DNA of 64,000 nucleotides. Origin: an uncultured bacterium. GTDB lineage: Bacteria; Zixibacteria; MSB-5A5; GN15; FEB-12. The stretch is from assembly GCA_965372795.1 (NCBI GenBank), contig CBDVDR010000006.1:97076-161075 (forward strand). Direction: 5' to 3'. Positions 1 to 10,561 of the stretch are shown piece after piece. Position 1 is the stretch's first letter. The number at the start of each line of letters is the position of its first letter. The position numbers were made by a program, and so were the translations under genes. Below the pieces are notes generated by a model, which worked only from the letters and a program-made list of their open reading frames with translations, was not told the origin of the DNA and did not search any database.

Positions 1-236
1 ACAGTTTCTGTTTGGAGACCAAGAGACTGTATTAAGAATAATTCCTCATTATTTGTAATGACCTCAATATAGCTATCGGTGCTTGTTATTTCATCAAGTT
101 GCAGACTTTTAATTTGCAATACATCTGACTTTGTTTCATAAAATATCTTAACCTGCATTGAAATTGATTTGGCGGAAATTGAACTAATTAATGTGAGGGA
201 AATGACAAGGCATAACTGAATTAGCTTCCTAAACAC
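1..236 (-). CDS. 5' part of an exported protein running off the window start; N-terminus resembles the pro-domain of M14 zinc carboxypeptidases
   Basis: Not in the ORF track. GGAGG then GTG at 236; open frame MFRKLIQLCLVISLTLISSISAKSISMQVKIFYETKSDVLQIKSLQLDEITSTDSYIEVITNNEELFLIQSLGLQTET to base 1, with a signal peptide. The catalytic domain is not visible. Confidence 0.6.
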   Translation of the reverse strand, partial: MFRKLIQLCLVISLTLISSISAKSISMQVKIFYETKSDVLQIKSLQLDEITSTDSYIEVITNNEELFLIQSLGLQTET

Positions 237-397
237 TGATGAACCTCCAATTTGTTGTAACCGGTTAGACCAGTAAGAACTTTGATGAGTTTTTTAAAAG
301 ATAATAATAATATCTATTTTTCCAAGCCAATTTTAAAAGTAGTTATGCCAATAACTTGCCTCTTTTCATAAATTGGTTAATTATTTATAATCTGAGA

Positions 398-426
398 TTG
401 CAAATTGCAACTATTGACTGTATAAT
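398..426 (+). promoter_or_regulatory. sigma70-type promoter of rsmE
   Basis: TTGCAA-N17-TATAAT, 23 nt upstream of the ATG at 450. Confidence 0.6.
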
Positions 427-449
427 CTTATATAATAAAGGTTAAATTA

Positions 450-1199
450 ATGAATATTATAATACTAAAAGACGGTGATAAGGATGCTAACTCGACTTAC
501 AAAATTGCTGATAACAGAGCAGATCATATCAGGACTATTTTAAAAGGTGAGGTTGGACAATCAGTCGAAATTGGACTTTTGAATGGTCAAATCGGTAAAG
601 CTGAAATTAGTGAAATTACGAATCAGTTCGTTTCATTAAAAATTATAGAATTGAAAGACCCACAAATTGTTGCTCCAGAATTAACTTTGATTTGTGCCTT
701 GCCACGACCTCAGACATTGAAAAAAGTTCTTCTTACATCCGCAATGATGGGTGTATCTAACATTCATTTTATAAAAGCCAACAGAGTCGAAAAAAGTTAC
801 TTCCATTCTCCACTACTCCAACCGGAAAAATACACTCCATACCTCATCGAAGGGCTTTCACAGGGCAAGTCAGTTCTCTTACCCGAAGTTAAATTCCATG
901 AGCGATTCAAAGTATTTTTTGAAGATTATTTCCCTAATCAAATTGAAAGTGAAAATCAAACTTTATTAAAGCTTCTTCCTGATCTTGATTCATCACAAAA
1001 TTTAATTGAGATGCATCAGGAAAATCCAGAAAGAATTATAATTGCTATCGGACCTGAAGGTGGATGGGTGCCCTTTGAAACGGAGTTGATTGCTTCATTG
1101 GGATTTAATAAGTTTTCATTGAGTCGATGGACCTTAAGAGTAGAACACGCTGTTACAGCAGTATTATCACAAATCGAATTACTCAAAAACAAAGCATAA
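450..1199 (+). CDS. rsmE: 16S rRNA m3U1498 methyltransferase (SPOUT)
   Basis: HIRTILK N-terminal motif; IAIGPEGGW and LRVEHA SPOUT motifs. Confidence 0.92.
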   Translation: MNIIILKDGDKDANSTYKIADNRADHIRTILKGEVGQSVEIGLLNGQIGKAEISEITNQFVSLKIIELKDPQIVAPELTLICALPRPQTLKKVLLTSAMMGVSNIHFIKANRVEKSYFHSPLLQPEKYTPYLIEGLSQGKSVLLPEVKFHERFKVFFEDYFPNQIESENQTLLKLLPDLDSSQNLIEMHQENPERIIIAIGPEGGWVPFETELIASLGFNKFSLSRWTLRVEHAVTAVLSQIELLKNKA

Positions 1200-1200
1200 A

Positions 1201-1231
1201 AAAAGCCGGATAGATTGACTATCCGGCTTTT
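1201..1231. terminator. bidirectional intrinsic terminator
   Basis: AAAAGCCGGATAG-ATTGA-CTATCCGGCTTTT between convergent genes. Confidence 0.85.
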
Positions 1232-1246
1232 ACGATCTATTTCAAC

Positions 1247-2248
1247 TTAGAAGTTGAATTTCGCTGTAAAATACTGATTAGCATCAAAGTAATCAGTTTC
1301 AGTCCATGAATACTCAATTGTCAGCTTAGATTCACCAATAGGATAGGAGAAACCAGCTCCAAATGAGACTCCATAGATATATTCTTCCTGATCAGCATAA
1401 TTGTATCCCGCACGGAGTGAATATCTGCTGTCATAGATATACTCGAAACCACCCTGATAAATATCTTCTGCGAAGGTATTTGAGGTGAAGTTTCCTGCTA
1501 ATGTGGCATAATTCGGACCTTCATTCATAAAGTCGTATGAGAATCCAAATTTAATATATCCCGGAAGTTCAAAAGACTGTGCATTACCACGAACTGAACG
1601 CTGTCCGGCAACTTCAAATGATTGATCAAAACCCGAGCCGGAGAATTCCATGGTTGGACCATAATTCATTATAGCCATACCAAAAGAAACACCTTTCCAA
1701 CGAGGATCATAGATAAATCCAGCATCAAATGCCATACCAGAAGCTGAGACATCAAAAATAGCTTCATTGATAAACTTTACAGAAGTACCAAATGAAACAT
1801 TTGCAGTTAAAATTCGTGCATAAGAAATTCCCAAGACTGAAAAGGTCGGACTAAATAATGATCCGGTACCTTCCGGGCTGGAAATTGTAGTCTCTTCAAT
1901 ATCACCAATAGTAACAACTTTGGCAGTAAAAGCAATGACACCAAAGTCTTCTAAGTTGGTGGCAATACCACCAAAATTAACATTGATATCAGCAAAGTAC
2001 GGAATATGTGTAAACATCGCTTCCGAACCTTCCAAAGATGCTAACCCGGCAGGATTCCAGTAAACGGACTCCAAGCCGCTAACATTTGAAATGACCGCAC
2101 CACCCATAGCGGAGCCACGAGAACCAACTGGTATCAGCAGTTCTGTAGCACCGGCGGTACCGATCCGTTTTGTGTTCCCCGCATAGGCCGTTGAGAGGGC
2201 CATTCCAAGGAGCACTATGATAACAATCGCTACTTTATATTTCATCAT
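1247..2248 (-). CDS. PorV/PorQ (UPF0164)-family outer-membrane beta-barrel
   Basis: Signal peptide; GTAGATELLIPVGSRGSAMGGA and YWNPAGLA motifs; C-terminal Phe. Confidence 0.85.
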   Translation of the reverse strand: MMKYKVAIVIIVLLGMALSTAYAGNTKRIGTAGATELLIPVGSRGSAMGGAVISNVSGLESVYWNPAGLASLEGSEAMFTHIPYFADINVNFGGIATNLEDFGVIAFTAKVVTIGDIEETTISSPEGTGSLFSPTFSVLGISYARILTANVSFGTSVKFINEAIFDVSASGMAFDAGFIYDPRWKGVSFGMAIMNYGPTMEFSGSGFDQSFEVAGQRSVRGNAQSFELPGYIKFGFSYDFMNEGPNYATLAGNFTSNTFAEDIYQGGFEYIYDSRYSLRAGYNYADQEEYIYGVSFGAGFSYPIGESKLTIEYSWTETDYFDANQYFTAKFNF

Positions 2249-2264
2249 CTAACCTTCCTTAGAA

Positions 2265-5200
2265 TTAATATTGACCCAATTGTTCTTCTTCAACGAATAT
2301 GGCCATCTTTCCGATTTTTTGACCAAAACCTTCAGCTTCTACAACATATACATATATGCCGGAAGCAATCGGAACACCATTAGTATTCAGCATATCCCAG
2401 GTAGTTTCAGTTTCAGAGTCGTCTTTTTCGACCTTTGCAACTATATCACCAGAGATAGAGAAAATTCTAATCGTGCACTTTTCCGGAAGGTTTGTAAATT
2501 TCAGGTTTCGGTTAAAGACAGAATTATCAAATCCAGAAAACAAATAATAAGGATTTGGTACTACTTTAATATCATTGAGAAGCTCTTCGGAGGCATCTGC
2601 TACAACTGGAGCTTCAGCAACAAATGAGAAAGTATCCACTGCTGCATTAATTCTTTGATAATTAAATGAGAATTCATCTTCACCGGTTCCACCTGGAGAA
2701 AATGGAACTGATCCACGTCTTGCGACCAATATCCAATATAGAATTGGCATTGGATCATCAATTGCATTTAACATATAGTCAGGATTAGCAGTCTCTGAAT
2801 ATTCATCCAGATAAATCCATAACCATTCACGTGGTCCGGATCCAGAAACATTATCATAATCGATATAACTACCAGGGAACCACATACCATCAACCAAGCC
2901 ACCTTCAGTGTTATTTTCAAGGAAGCCAACTGTAAGTCTTTGTGGAGGGTCTACACTGACATTCCACGCAGATAATGGTACATTAGGTTCAAAAATCTGG
3001 AAGCCGTAACTTCCTGAATTCGGATCTATAATAAATGGAGCAAATTCTGGAATTGCTGGAGGACCAGCTCCTCTGAGATAACGATAACCATAAGAAACAT
3101 TTTCATCGTTAACATCAAAATTACCATCTTCATCAACTGTTGCCAATTTTAATAAAATGTCAACATGATCAGGAATTGGAACTGGATCATGACTACCAAA
3201 ACCATGAGTATCACCAGGACCACCCCAACCGATAGCTCCTTCAAATCCTTCGAATCCAAAACCATCAGCTCCACCAGCCCAGGTAAAGCGACGAGTGCCA
3301 CTTGGGGCATCCCATTCGCCTACACCACCGGCAGGACCGATAACTTTGAGCAGAAATCCATCAGCGATTGCATAGTCAGAATCACCTGCCTGATTTGTTT
3401 GATCAGCAAGAATGACTTGACCGGTAGTTACATCAAGAAGATGCCATACCCAACCACTAACGAGTTCTTCAAAAATCACTTCATATGTATGACCGGTTAA
3501 AGCTAACGGATCAATAATCGTAGCTGTAACTGTACCATCTGAACTGGTTCTTGAAAGATCAATTTCAATTTCTTGACCGAATTCAGTACTAACTTCTGTG
3601 CCAATTGTTGGTTTTGATGGTTTTGCAGTAACAATTGTCTGAGAAGTTAAAGTCTGTTCACCAGCAAGTTTTGTTTGATCAACTGAATAAGCATCAACTT
3701 TGAAATAATATTCAGTATTATTAAACAGAACAGCACCGGAGAAAGCATCTTGAGAAATCTCAAAATGACGTTGTAATCCAGTGTTTTTACCTTCTTTAAC
3801 GATAACAGGGAATGGTTCACCTAAGACACTGTTAAAGAATGTATCAACAACAACAGAAATATCATTAACAACATCAAAGTTGCCTAACATTTTCCACGGA
3901 CCGGATGGACTTTCACCCTGATGTACAGTATATCCTTCAAAAGGATAATCACCAGAATTTTCTTCTGAAATATTAGTCCATGCCAGTACAACCTGCTGAT
4001 CCAAATTAGTAACAGTTACAATCGGTTTTGCAGGTGGCGGAGGAGGATTGAATCCACTTTCATAGATTCTTTGTGCTGAAGCATCAATCTCTTTCATAAG
4101 AGTAATTGATGATAAACGATCAGAACCCTGACCAACAACAATAGCAGCCAGAATTTCAGTTGAATCACCAGGAGCAAAATCAAATGGTCCGGTTGTTACC
4201 ATGAAACGACGATCAGCCGGATCAAAGTCAAGAGAACCAATGCCAGTGACTGGATCACCAGCAAAATGGAATGTAGTTACAACACCCTGATCATCCGTAT
4301 AGTCAGAACCGTCAGCATTCAAACCTTGCATATAGTTATATGTTTCAGTTTTATTCTGAGGGTCAGTACCGTTAATGTACTTGGCAAAGGATGACATTGG
4401 AAGGTTACGGTATTGTGGGAAAGTTGTTCCCCACATTAGCGCTGTATCTGCATCATCTCCCGTGAACTCAAGTGGTCCTTGGAAGAAGTCAAATCCAACC
4501 GCTGGTGGGTTCGAGCCATAACTACCGTCATCATTATTACCGTTATAACAATACCCTAATGATAATGCAGTATCACATCCATCTAAATCATCACCGGCAT
4601 CTCCTAAATCAGGATCTGACCAAAGTGATACATAAACGTTTTCCAAATTTTTTCCGCCTTTGTTCATAACTTTGAACTTAAGGAAGATAATATTTGCTAA
4701 CGAACCGGTACGATCGAAACCAAATACGGTCTGTTGTACCTCAATACCCATTGGATCTGTACGACCAGAGTTATTGGTATGAGCAGATGCGTCCGCATCA
4801 TTATAAACAGTCCAAAGCATTTGATCACCAATCATATCAGGAGTGCCGTCTTCTTTAACTGGGGCACCCTGATTAGCCGGCCAATCGTTATAATCATCAT
4901 TCGGATTGTCAGCAAGACTATCAGAATAAAGTTTATATACACGGAAAGAAGAATTATCTGGTATAAATGTGCCATCGGCCATTGGACCAGGGACATATTC
5001 TTCAGAATATTCTGCCAAACAAATCAAAGTATCGTTGGTAGCAGCATCAACGCCACCGATCCATAATCCAGCAGCATAAATCACAGAATTGGTATTAAAA
5101 CCACTCTCGATATCTGCTGTGCCGGTATATGGAAAATAAAGTCCATCGGTTTTACCAAACAGACCTCCAAGATCAGTTGCAAAAGCTCCATCATTCGAGA

Positions 5201-5351
5201 ATAACATCAACATACTGTTTACGTCGATGTATGTGTCAGTATCAAGGGCTGTAGTTCTACTGCCAGCCGATATTGACTTCTGGGGAGCTCGGGCAAAGAC
5301 AGGCAATGCCATTATTAGTATTAACATAAATACTAAAAGTGTTTTTTTCAT
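2265..5351 (-). CDS. large acidic exported protein with T9SS type-A/FlgD-like C-terminal domain
   Basis: Signal peptide; C-terminal IKVVPNPY...KFTNLPEKCTIRIFSISGD...WD...IASGIYVYVV; D/G-rich body. Confidence 0.75.
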   Translation of the reverse strand: MKKTLLVFMLILIMALPVFARAPQKSISAGSRTTALDTDTYIDVNSMLMLFSNDGAFATDLGGLFGKTDGLYFPYTGTADIESGFNTNSVIYAAGLWIGGVDAATNDTLICLAEYSEEYVPGPMADGTFIPDNSSFRVYKLYSDSLADNPNDDYNDWPANQGAPVKEDGTPDMIGDQMLWTVYNDADASAHTNNSGRTDPMGIEVQQTVFGFDRTGSLANIIFLKFKVMNKGGKNLENVYVSLWSDPDLGDAGDDLDGCDTALSLGYCYNGNNDDGSYGSNPPAVGFDFFQGPLEFTGDDADTALMWGTTFPQYRNLPMSSFAKYINGTDPQNKTETYNYMQGLNADGSDYTDDQGVVTTFHFAGDPVTGIGSLDFDPADRRFMVTTGPFDFAPGDSTEILAAIVVGQGSDRLSSITLMKEIDASAQRIYESGFNPPPPPAKPIVTVTNLDQQVVLAWTNISEENSGDYPFEGYTVHQGESPSGPWKMLGNFDVVNDISVVVDTFFNSVLGEPFPVIVKEGKNTGLQRHFEISQDAFSGAVLFNNTEYYFKVDAYSVDQTKLAGEQTLTSQTIVTAKPSKPTIGTEVSTEFGQEIEIDLSRTSSDGTVTATIIDPLALTGHTYEVIFEELVSGWVWHLLDVTTGQVILADQTNQAGDSDYAIADGFLLKVIGPAGGVGEWDAPSGTRRFTWAGGADGFGFEGFEGAIGWGGPGDTHGFGSHDPVPIPDHVDILLKLATVDEDGNFDVNDENVSYGYRYLRGAGPPAIPEFAPFIIDPNSGSYGFQIFEPNVPLSAWNVSVDPPQRLTVGFLENNTEGGLVDGMWFPGSYIDYDNVSGSGPREWLWIYLDEYSETANPDYMLNAIDDPMPILYWILVARRGSVPFSPGGTGEDEFSFNYQRINAAVDTFSFVAEAPVVADASEELLNDIKVVPNPYYLFSGFDNSVFNRNLKFTNLPEKCTIRIFSISGDIVAKVEKDDSETETTWDMLNTNGVPIASGIYVYVVEAEGFGQKIGKMAIFVEEEQLGQY

Positions 5352-5372
5352 AATTACTAACTCCTAACTCCC

Positions 5373-8267
5373 TTAGAATGAAAATCTCAATCCAGCAAGA
5401 ATCGTACGTGGAAGTCCGTAGCTCTGTGGATTTCTTGATTTAAGTTCATATTTATCAGCACCAGTTAATCCGGAATAATCTTCCTCTGTACCATCTGCGC
5501 TATTAAGCCAGCTGGTACCAGCATCAGAATCAAGCCAGCCGGTATTATCAGGATCACCTGTACCTTCATAAACAGAGTAAACATTATCACGATTCAAAGC
5601 ATTCTTGACCCAAACATAAGCTGAAAGTTTGTAGTTACTAACATCAAAGAATCGTTCAACTTTCATATCAACCTGGAAAGTCCAAGGAGTGTAATTTGAA
5701 TTACGAGGACCATTCGGGGTTGGTGAAGTTGCAGCAAGTGTGATTTCATTATAGACTTTTTGTGGAGAATAAGGTGTTCCACTCGAAGCCTGGATAACTG
5801 CATTGGCACCAAAGTTTTCAAAGATATAATAATCTCCGATTTTTGGACCTTCGCCTTTAGTAGTACGGAAATCTACAATACCTAATACACTATGACGCTG
5901 ATCAAATGATAGAGGAGCTGTTTGTTTAGGCTCATTAGCATTTACCCATGCGACATTACTCTGTGTGTTGGCATACGAACCAGTACCATTAGCATAAGAG
6001 AGAGAATATTTAAGATCTAATCTAATGTTATTAGTTCTGCGCATTACAACCTGGAACTCAAGACCTTTAATTGTACTATAGTCTGAGTTACGGAAACTTG
6101 CAAAACTCTTCGGGAAAGCAGATTGATTATAAACCTGCATCAATCCGGTTACATCTTTATAGAAGGCAGTAAAGTTAAATACTGCAACATCACTCAATTG
6201 ATGAGTGAAGCCAAACTCGTATTGTGTTGTTTTTTCAGGTTCCAGATTCGGATTACCAAAGGCATAAAAGAATCCACCGCGATTAATCATCTTTTCATAG
6301 AAGTCATAACCAACGAAAAGGCGGAGCAAGTTTGGACGCTGGAAGAACTTACCATAGTTTACATGCACCTGAGTTCTATCACTGATTGGGAATGAGATTC
6401 CTAAACGTGGTGATAATTTCGTGAATGATTTACTTGGCTCAAGATCTTCTGGTTCAAGAGTTGCTAATCCATCAGCATCTGGATCTGTTAAACGAATTGA
6501 ATCAGGATCAAGTGGCTGTTCCGGATTTTTAAGACGTTCAGCCTTATAATCATAATAATCAAAACGTAATCCGGCACTTACTATCATACCATACCATTCG
6601 AAACGATCCTGTAAATAAAAGGCACCGTTGATCGGATGCTTGGTTTCATTTTGCCAGGGTTCATCATCTGATTCTTCACCGTCAAATGTATAACCATAAC
6701 GGTCAACATCGATAAAGCCACCACGGTCTAAACCATTGTATGATTCAGTTGGGAACAAAGCACGATAATAGCGAAGAGTGTGACGTTGATAGTCAAAACC
6801 AAATTTCACTGTATGCATATCATGGACCTGGCTATTGATATCACCTTTGATACCGAAATATTCTGATTTTCTTCTGTAAAAATCATCATAGACGTGACCT
6901 TCATCACCACCGGTGATATATGTGCGGACTACACCATCAGTAGTAAGAGTATCAGTTGTTACTTCGGTAGTATCGATATCATAATTCCAGAACAGATTCG
7001 TGTTTTCAAAACGAGGGTTTCCACCTGGACGACCATAAGCATATAGGTCTTCCCTATGAACACCATCTCCACGGAATCTTTCCGTGATATAGTAAGTACC
7101 ACTCAGATTCATGAAAGTATTTTCATTAAATGTATGAGTAATTTTACCATTCATTCCAAGGTTTTCATCCTTATAATAAGGAGAATGCGTATAGTTCAAA
7201 CGATATGAATGCAAATATTCACGCCATTCATCGACCGAACCATTGGCACCTAAGTATAATTTGGTGTTTGGACCAAAAGAGTAGTCTAATTTACCCTGAT
7301 ATGACCAGCCACTGAGACTGTTGCTAGGCATAGGAGCGTAACCGTCAAGTGAAGATGGGTTACGATCTTTTTTCCAACGACGTTCGCCGGACAAAAAGAA
7401 ATGACCTTCTTTAAGTCCTGGAATCGGACCGCCAAAGTCAGCGGAATAATAATTCTCATCAAAAACCTTATGAAGGTCATCAAGATAATTATCAGTCACA
7501 ACTTCAACGTTACCATGGTATTCATCACTACCGGCATTTGAAATTACGTTTACAATACCAGAAGCAACATGACCATATTCTGCCGGGAATCCACCTGATA
7601 TAACAGTAACTTCTTTAATAGCATTGTTACTGATATTTGCAGTTGATGTACCTGACAATGGATCCTGTTGTGAGAATCCATCAACGTAGTAAGCGACTTC
7701 AGAAGGTCGACCACCACGCAAGTTTAATTCCGAACTGTTAATTGACTCACGGCCACCACGGGCACGGGTTGTCACATTCGGATTAATTCTAACTACGGAG
7801 TTCTGAAGACCTACCAGCTGCTCGAATCCACGAGTAGGCATAGCAAGAATTTCATCTCTCTTGACAATACTTATTGAGGCTACTTTATCCCTTATTACTA
7901 AAGGAGTCTCTGCAGTAACCCTAATAACTTTGTCAAGTTCTGTTGTAGCTGGTTCCATAGCATGACTCTGATAAGTAGCTAATTCCGCAGAAACGGATAC
8001 ATTACCAACTTCTAAGGATGTATAACCAACAGAACTAATTTTTAAAATAAATGTGTTTACAGGTACATTTAAGATTGTATACCTGCCATTTGCATCAGTA
8101 ATAGCACCTAAATCAGTACCATCAACTGAAACAGTAACACCGACAATCGGCTTCTCAGTTTGAGCATCAGTTATCATCCCAGTAATTTTACCGGTAACTC
8201 CAGCCCAACTTGATGTTGCGAACCAAAATAGCAGCAGGATTGCCACCAAGCTCAGGTTTCGCTTCAT
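5373..8267 (-). CDS. TonB-dependent receptor with N-terminal carboxypeptidase-regulatory-like domain
   Basis: Start moved to ATG 8267 (AGGAGG upstream). GKITGMITD...GAITDANGRYTILNVP; plug NLRGGRPSEVAYYVDG; GNPNLEPEKT; ends AGLRFSF. Confidence 0.92.
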   Translation of the reverse strand: MKRNLSLVAILLLFWFATSSWAGVTGKITGMITDAQTEKPIVGVTVSVDGTDLGAITDANGRYTILNVPVNTFILKISSVGYTSLEVGNVSVSAELATYQSHAMEPATTELDKVIRVTAETPLVIRDKVASISIVKRDEILAMPTRGFEQLVGLQNSVVRINPNVTTRARGGRESINSSELNLRGGRPSEVAYYVDGFSQQDPLSGTSTANISNNAIKEVTVISGGFPAEYGHVASGIVNVISNAGSDEYHGNVEVVTDNYLDDLHKVFDENYYSADFGGPIPGLKEGHFFLSGERRWKKDRNPSSLDGYAPMPSNSLSGWSYQGKLDYSFGPNTKLYLGANGSVDEWREYLHSYRLNYTHSPYYKDENLGMNGKITHTFNENTFMNLSGTYYITERFRGDGVHREDLYAYGRPGGNPRFENTNLFWNYDIDTTEVTTDTLTTDGVVRTYITGGDEGHVYDDFYRRKSEYFGIKGDINSQVHDMHTVKFGFDYQRHTLRYYRALFPTESYNGLDRGGFIDVDRYGYTFDGEESDDEPWQNETKHPINGAFYLQDRFEWYGMIVSAGLRFDYYDYKAERLKNPEQPLDPDSIRLTDPDADGLATLEPEDLEPSKSFTKLSPRLGISFPISDRTQVHVNYGKFFQRPNLLRLFVGYDFYEKMINRGGFFYAFGNPNLEPEKTTQYEFGFTHQLSDVAVFNFTAFYKDVTGLMQVYNQSAFPKSFASFRNSDYSTIKGLEFQVVMRRTNNIRLDLKYSLSYANGTGSYANTQSNVAWVNANEPKQTAPLSFDQRHSVLGIVDFRTTKGEGPKIGDYYIFENFGANAVIQASSGTPYSPQKVYNEITLAATSPTPNGPRNSNYTPWTFQVDMKVERFFDVSNYKLSAYVWVKNALNRDNVYSVYEGTGDPDNTGWLDSDAGTSWLNSADGTEEDYSGLTGADKYELKSRNPQSYGLPRTILAGLRFSF

Positions 8268-8950
8268 GTAAATACCTCCTATCAAGTGATTAATTGTTAT
8301 GCTTTCCTTGGAGCTTTTAAGAAAATGTCCCTATTTACTTGTTTAGATAGAAAACAAATACTAGAACCAAGAAAAATAAATACTTTGTTAAGTCCTTTAA
8401 CTATACTCTCATACACCTCCTGTTTTTTCACGATTTTGTTATCTTCCTTATTCACAACTATTTATATAGATACCTTTATGAATTTCATATATCACGCCAC
8501 ATTACTTAAGCCTATAAACGGCATTTTTACCGTCAACTGTCAACAAAAAAAAACTTATAAATTATCTATTTTTAACATGTTGCAGAGATTTTGTGAATAA
8601 CAATTCACTTCCTACTATACTAAACATGATTTCACGCCTATACTCCTTATCTATTGCATTACTTGAGCTTAAATAATACTCATACAATTTTGACAAGTTT
8701 AGAGCAATAAACTAAAGTTAGGTTAGTATTTGATTAATTCTGAGGATGATAAAACAAGAATTAGCTATTTTTTATAAAAACCTCCTTATTTTTATTAAAT
8801 TTAACGATTCTTTCTATTTTTAAACCAAAGGCAAGATATTAACGTCATAATTCATAAAAATGTTTGCACAAACGCAGTATTTGCCTTAGAAATTTAGTTA
8901 TTTGAGTATTACATTCCCTGCCTTGAAATGGATAAATTTATATCTTTTAA

Positions 8951-8979
8951 TTGACTCGATCTCCAAAGCTTCGTATAAT
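8951..8979 (+). promoter_or_regulatory. sigma70-type promoter upstream of the CBS gene
   Basis: TTGACT-N17-TATAAT. Confidence 0.6.
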
Positions 8980-9070
8980 ATTATGGTAGGAAAAAAACGA
9001 GCACAATCAGTAGCCTGCCATTATTGTTTAGTAAATAATAATATAACATATACATATAAAGAGGTGACTT

Positions 9071-9529
9071 ATGCGAGTCAAAACAGAATTAGAGAAAAAG
9101 AAGAGAAAAATCATCACAGCCTTACCAGATATGACCATTGACAAAGCGATGGACCTTATGATTTCAGAGAAAATTGGTTGTTTACCTGTCCTTGATCATA
9201 ATAAAAATTTGGTTGGGATAATCAGCGATAAAGATATTTTTAAAAAAATCCATGAAACCAAAGGTGAATTTCATCATCTGAATGTCGAAGACTTAATGAC
9301 CACTGAACTAATAGTTGCTCAACCTGAAGATGATATCAATTTTGTTGCCGGCATCATGGATAAATATTGGATCAGGCATATTCCGATTATTGAAGACAAT
9401 CAAATGGTTGGATTACTTTCAATTGGTGATATCAACAAAGTTCAAATGGAAGATACTGAAATCGAGAATAAATATTTAAAATTATATACTAGCGGACTTG
9501 GCTTAAGGGACAAATCTTCTGATATGTAA
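9071..9529 (+). CDS. CBS-pair domain protein
   Basis: Two CBS repeats (IGCLPVLD...LVGIISDKD; IRHIPII...VGLLSIGD); GAGGT SD. Confidence 0.9.
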   Translation: MRVKTELEKKKRKIITALPDMTIDKAMDLMISEKIGCLPVLDHNKNLVGIISDKDIFKKIHETKGEFHHLNVEDLMTTELIVAQPEDDINFVAGIMDKYWIRHIPIIEDNQMVGLLSIGDINKVQMEDTEIENKYLKLYTSGLGLRDKSSDM

Positions 9530-9587
9530 GTATAAAAGTTTTAGTTTTAAAAAAATCCAATTTGATGTTAATGTATCATGGATTTAA

Positions 9588-9613
9588 TGAAACCATAATG
9601 CCATTTCTACGTA
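9588..9613 (+). promoter_or_regulatory. ECF (SigW-like) promoter upstream of the STAS gene
   Basis: TGAAAC-N16-CGTA, matching the B. subtilis sigmaW consensus. Confidence 0.6.
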
Positions 9614-9655
9614 TTCCTTACTAACCGATAGATTAATATCATAAAGGAATATAAA

Positions 9656-10030
9656 ATGAAGTTCACAGATACCGTCCTGGAACGGACAATCCTCTTTAAA
9701 TTTTCCGGTAGAATTTATGGCGGGAAAGAAGCCACCTTATTCTATGGAAGGCTACATGAATATTTGAACCTTGGCTACAAAAATTTTATCATCGACTGCA
9801 ATAATGTCATTAGAATGAATTCATGCGGACTGGGTATATTAACCTCAGCCAATAATACTATCAAAAAAGTAAATGGAAATATTTGCTTAACTAATATTGA
9901 TAAGATTGAATCTCTTCTTGTAGTTACAAGGTTGGCAACTGTTTTTGATCACTATGACACGATTGAAGAAGCGATATTGCCAAATTCAATGAAGGTTCAG
10001 AGCAGACAACAAGATAGTTTGTTAAATTGA
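9656..10030 (+). CDS. STAS-domain anti-sigma-factor antagonist
   Basis: IIDCNNVIRMNSCGLGIL, matching the D-S-x-G-L-G phosphoacceptor region; about 120 aa. Confidence 0.85.
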   Translation: MKFTDTVLERTILFKFSGRIYGGKEATLFYGRLHEYLNLGYKNFIIDCNNVIRMNSCGLGILTSANNTIKKVNGNICLTNIDKIESLLVVTRLATVFDHYDTIEEAILPNSMKVQSRQQDSLLN

Positions 10031-10561
10031 AAAAACTTTGAGCCCTTTGACTTTTTTCCTTAAAAGAAAACGATCAAGAAGCCCAAAAAAGATTAAGACA
10101 AAAGCGATAAATAAAGCCGTTTCAAAACTTATACCAAATTTATCATATAAAATATCACCTTGAGATTTTATTGCTTGAGATGCATTTGATTCCATCTTAT
10201 TGAATACTTTATAAGTATTCACAAAAGCCTGCAAACCGTTATAATATACAAGCAGAATTATTGATGCGACTGCAGCTGCAAAGCCCATGACAAAATCGAA
10301 GACTCTCCCTCGTTCTTCTTTTTGTTGAGCAATTTGAGGAATAGGCAGAGTTGCAATTTTATCCATCAACCGATTCTCAAAGTCAATTGATAAATCAGGT
10401 GTTTTATCAATCCCCAAGCCGCCATATATTTCTTGATACGAATTTAAATCAGCCCGGCATTTTGAACATGAAGAAATATGACTTTCGAATTTACTTTGAT
10501 CTTTTAAAGTTCCATCAAGAAATTCTTGAATAAGATCGTCTTTCAAATGTTTCTGGCTCAT
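10022..10561 (-). CDS. zinc-binding (ZAS) transmembrane anti-sigma factor
   Basis: H...HISSCSKC (HxxxCxxC); two TM helices; ATGA overlap with the sigma gene. Confidence 0.85.
   Translation of the reverse strand: MSQKHLKDDLIQEFLDGTLKDQSKFESHISSCSKCRADLNSYQEIYGGLGIDKTPDLSIDFENRLMDKIATLPIPQIAQQKEERGRVFDFVMGFAAAVASIILLVYYNGLQAFVNTYKVFNKMESNASQAIKSQGDILYDKFGISFETALFIAFVLIFFGLLDRFLLRKKVKGLKVFSI

Noticed and set aside
8286..9141. ORFs 8286..8600 and 8902..9141
   Set aside because: No recognisable domains or SD; they overlap promoter DNA and the CBS gene. Likely spurious in an AT-rich intergenic region.
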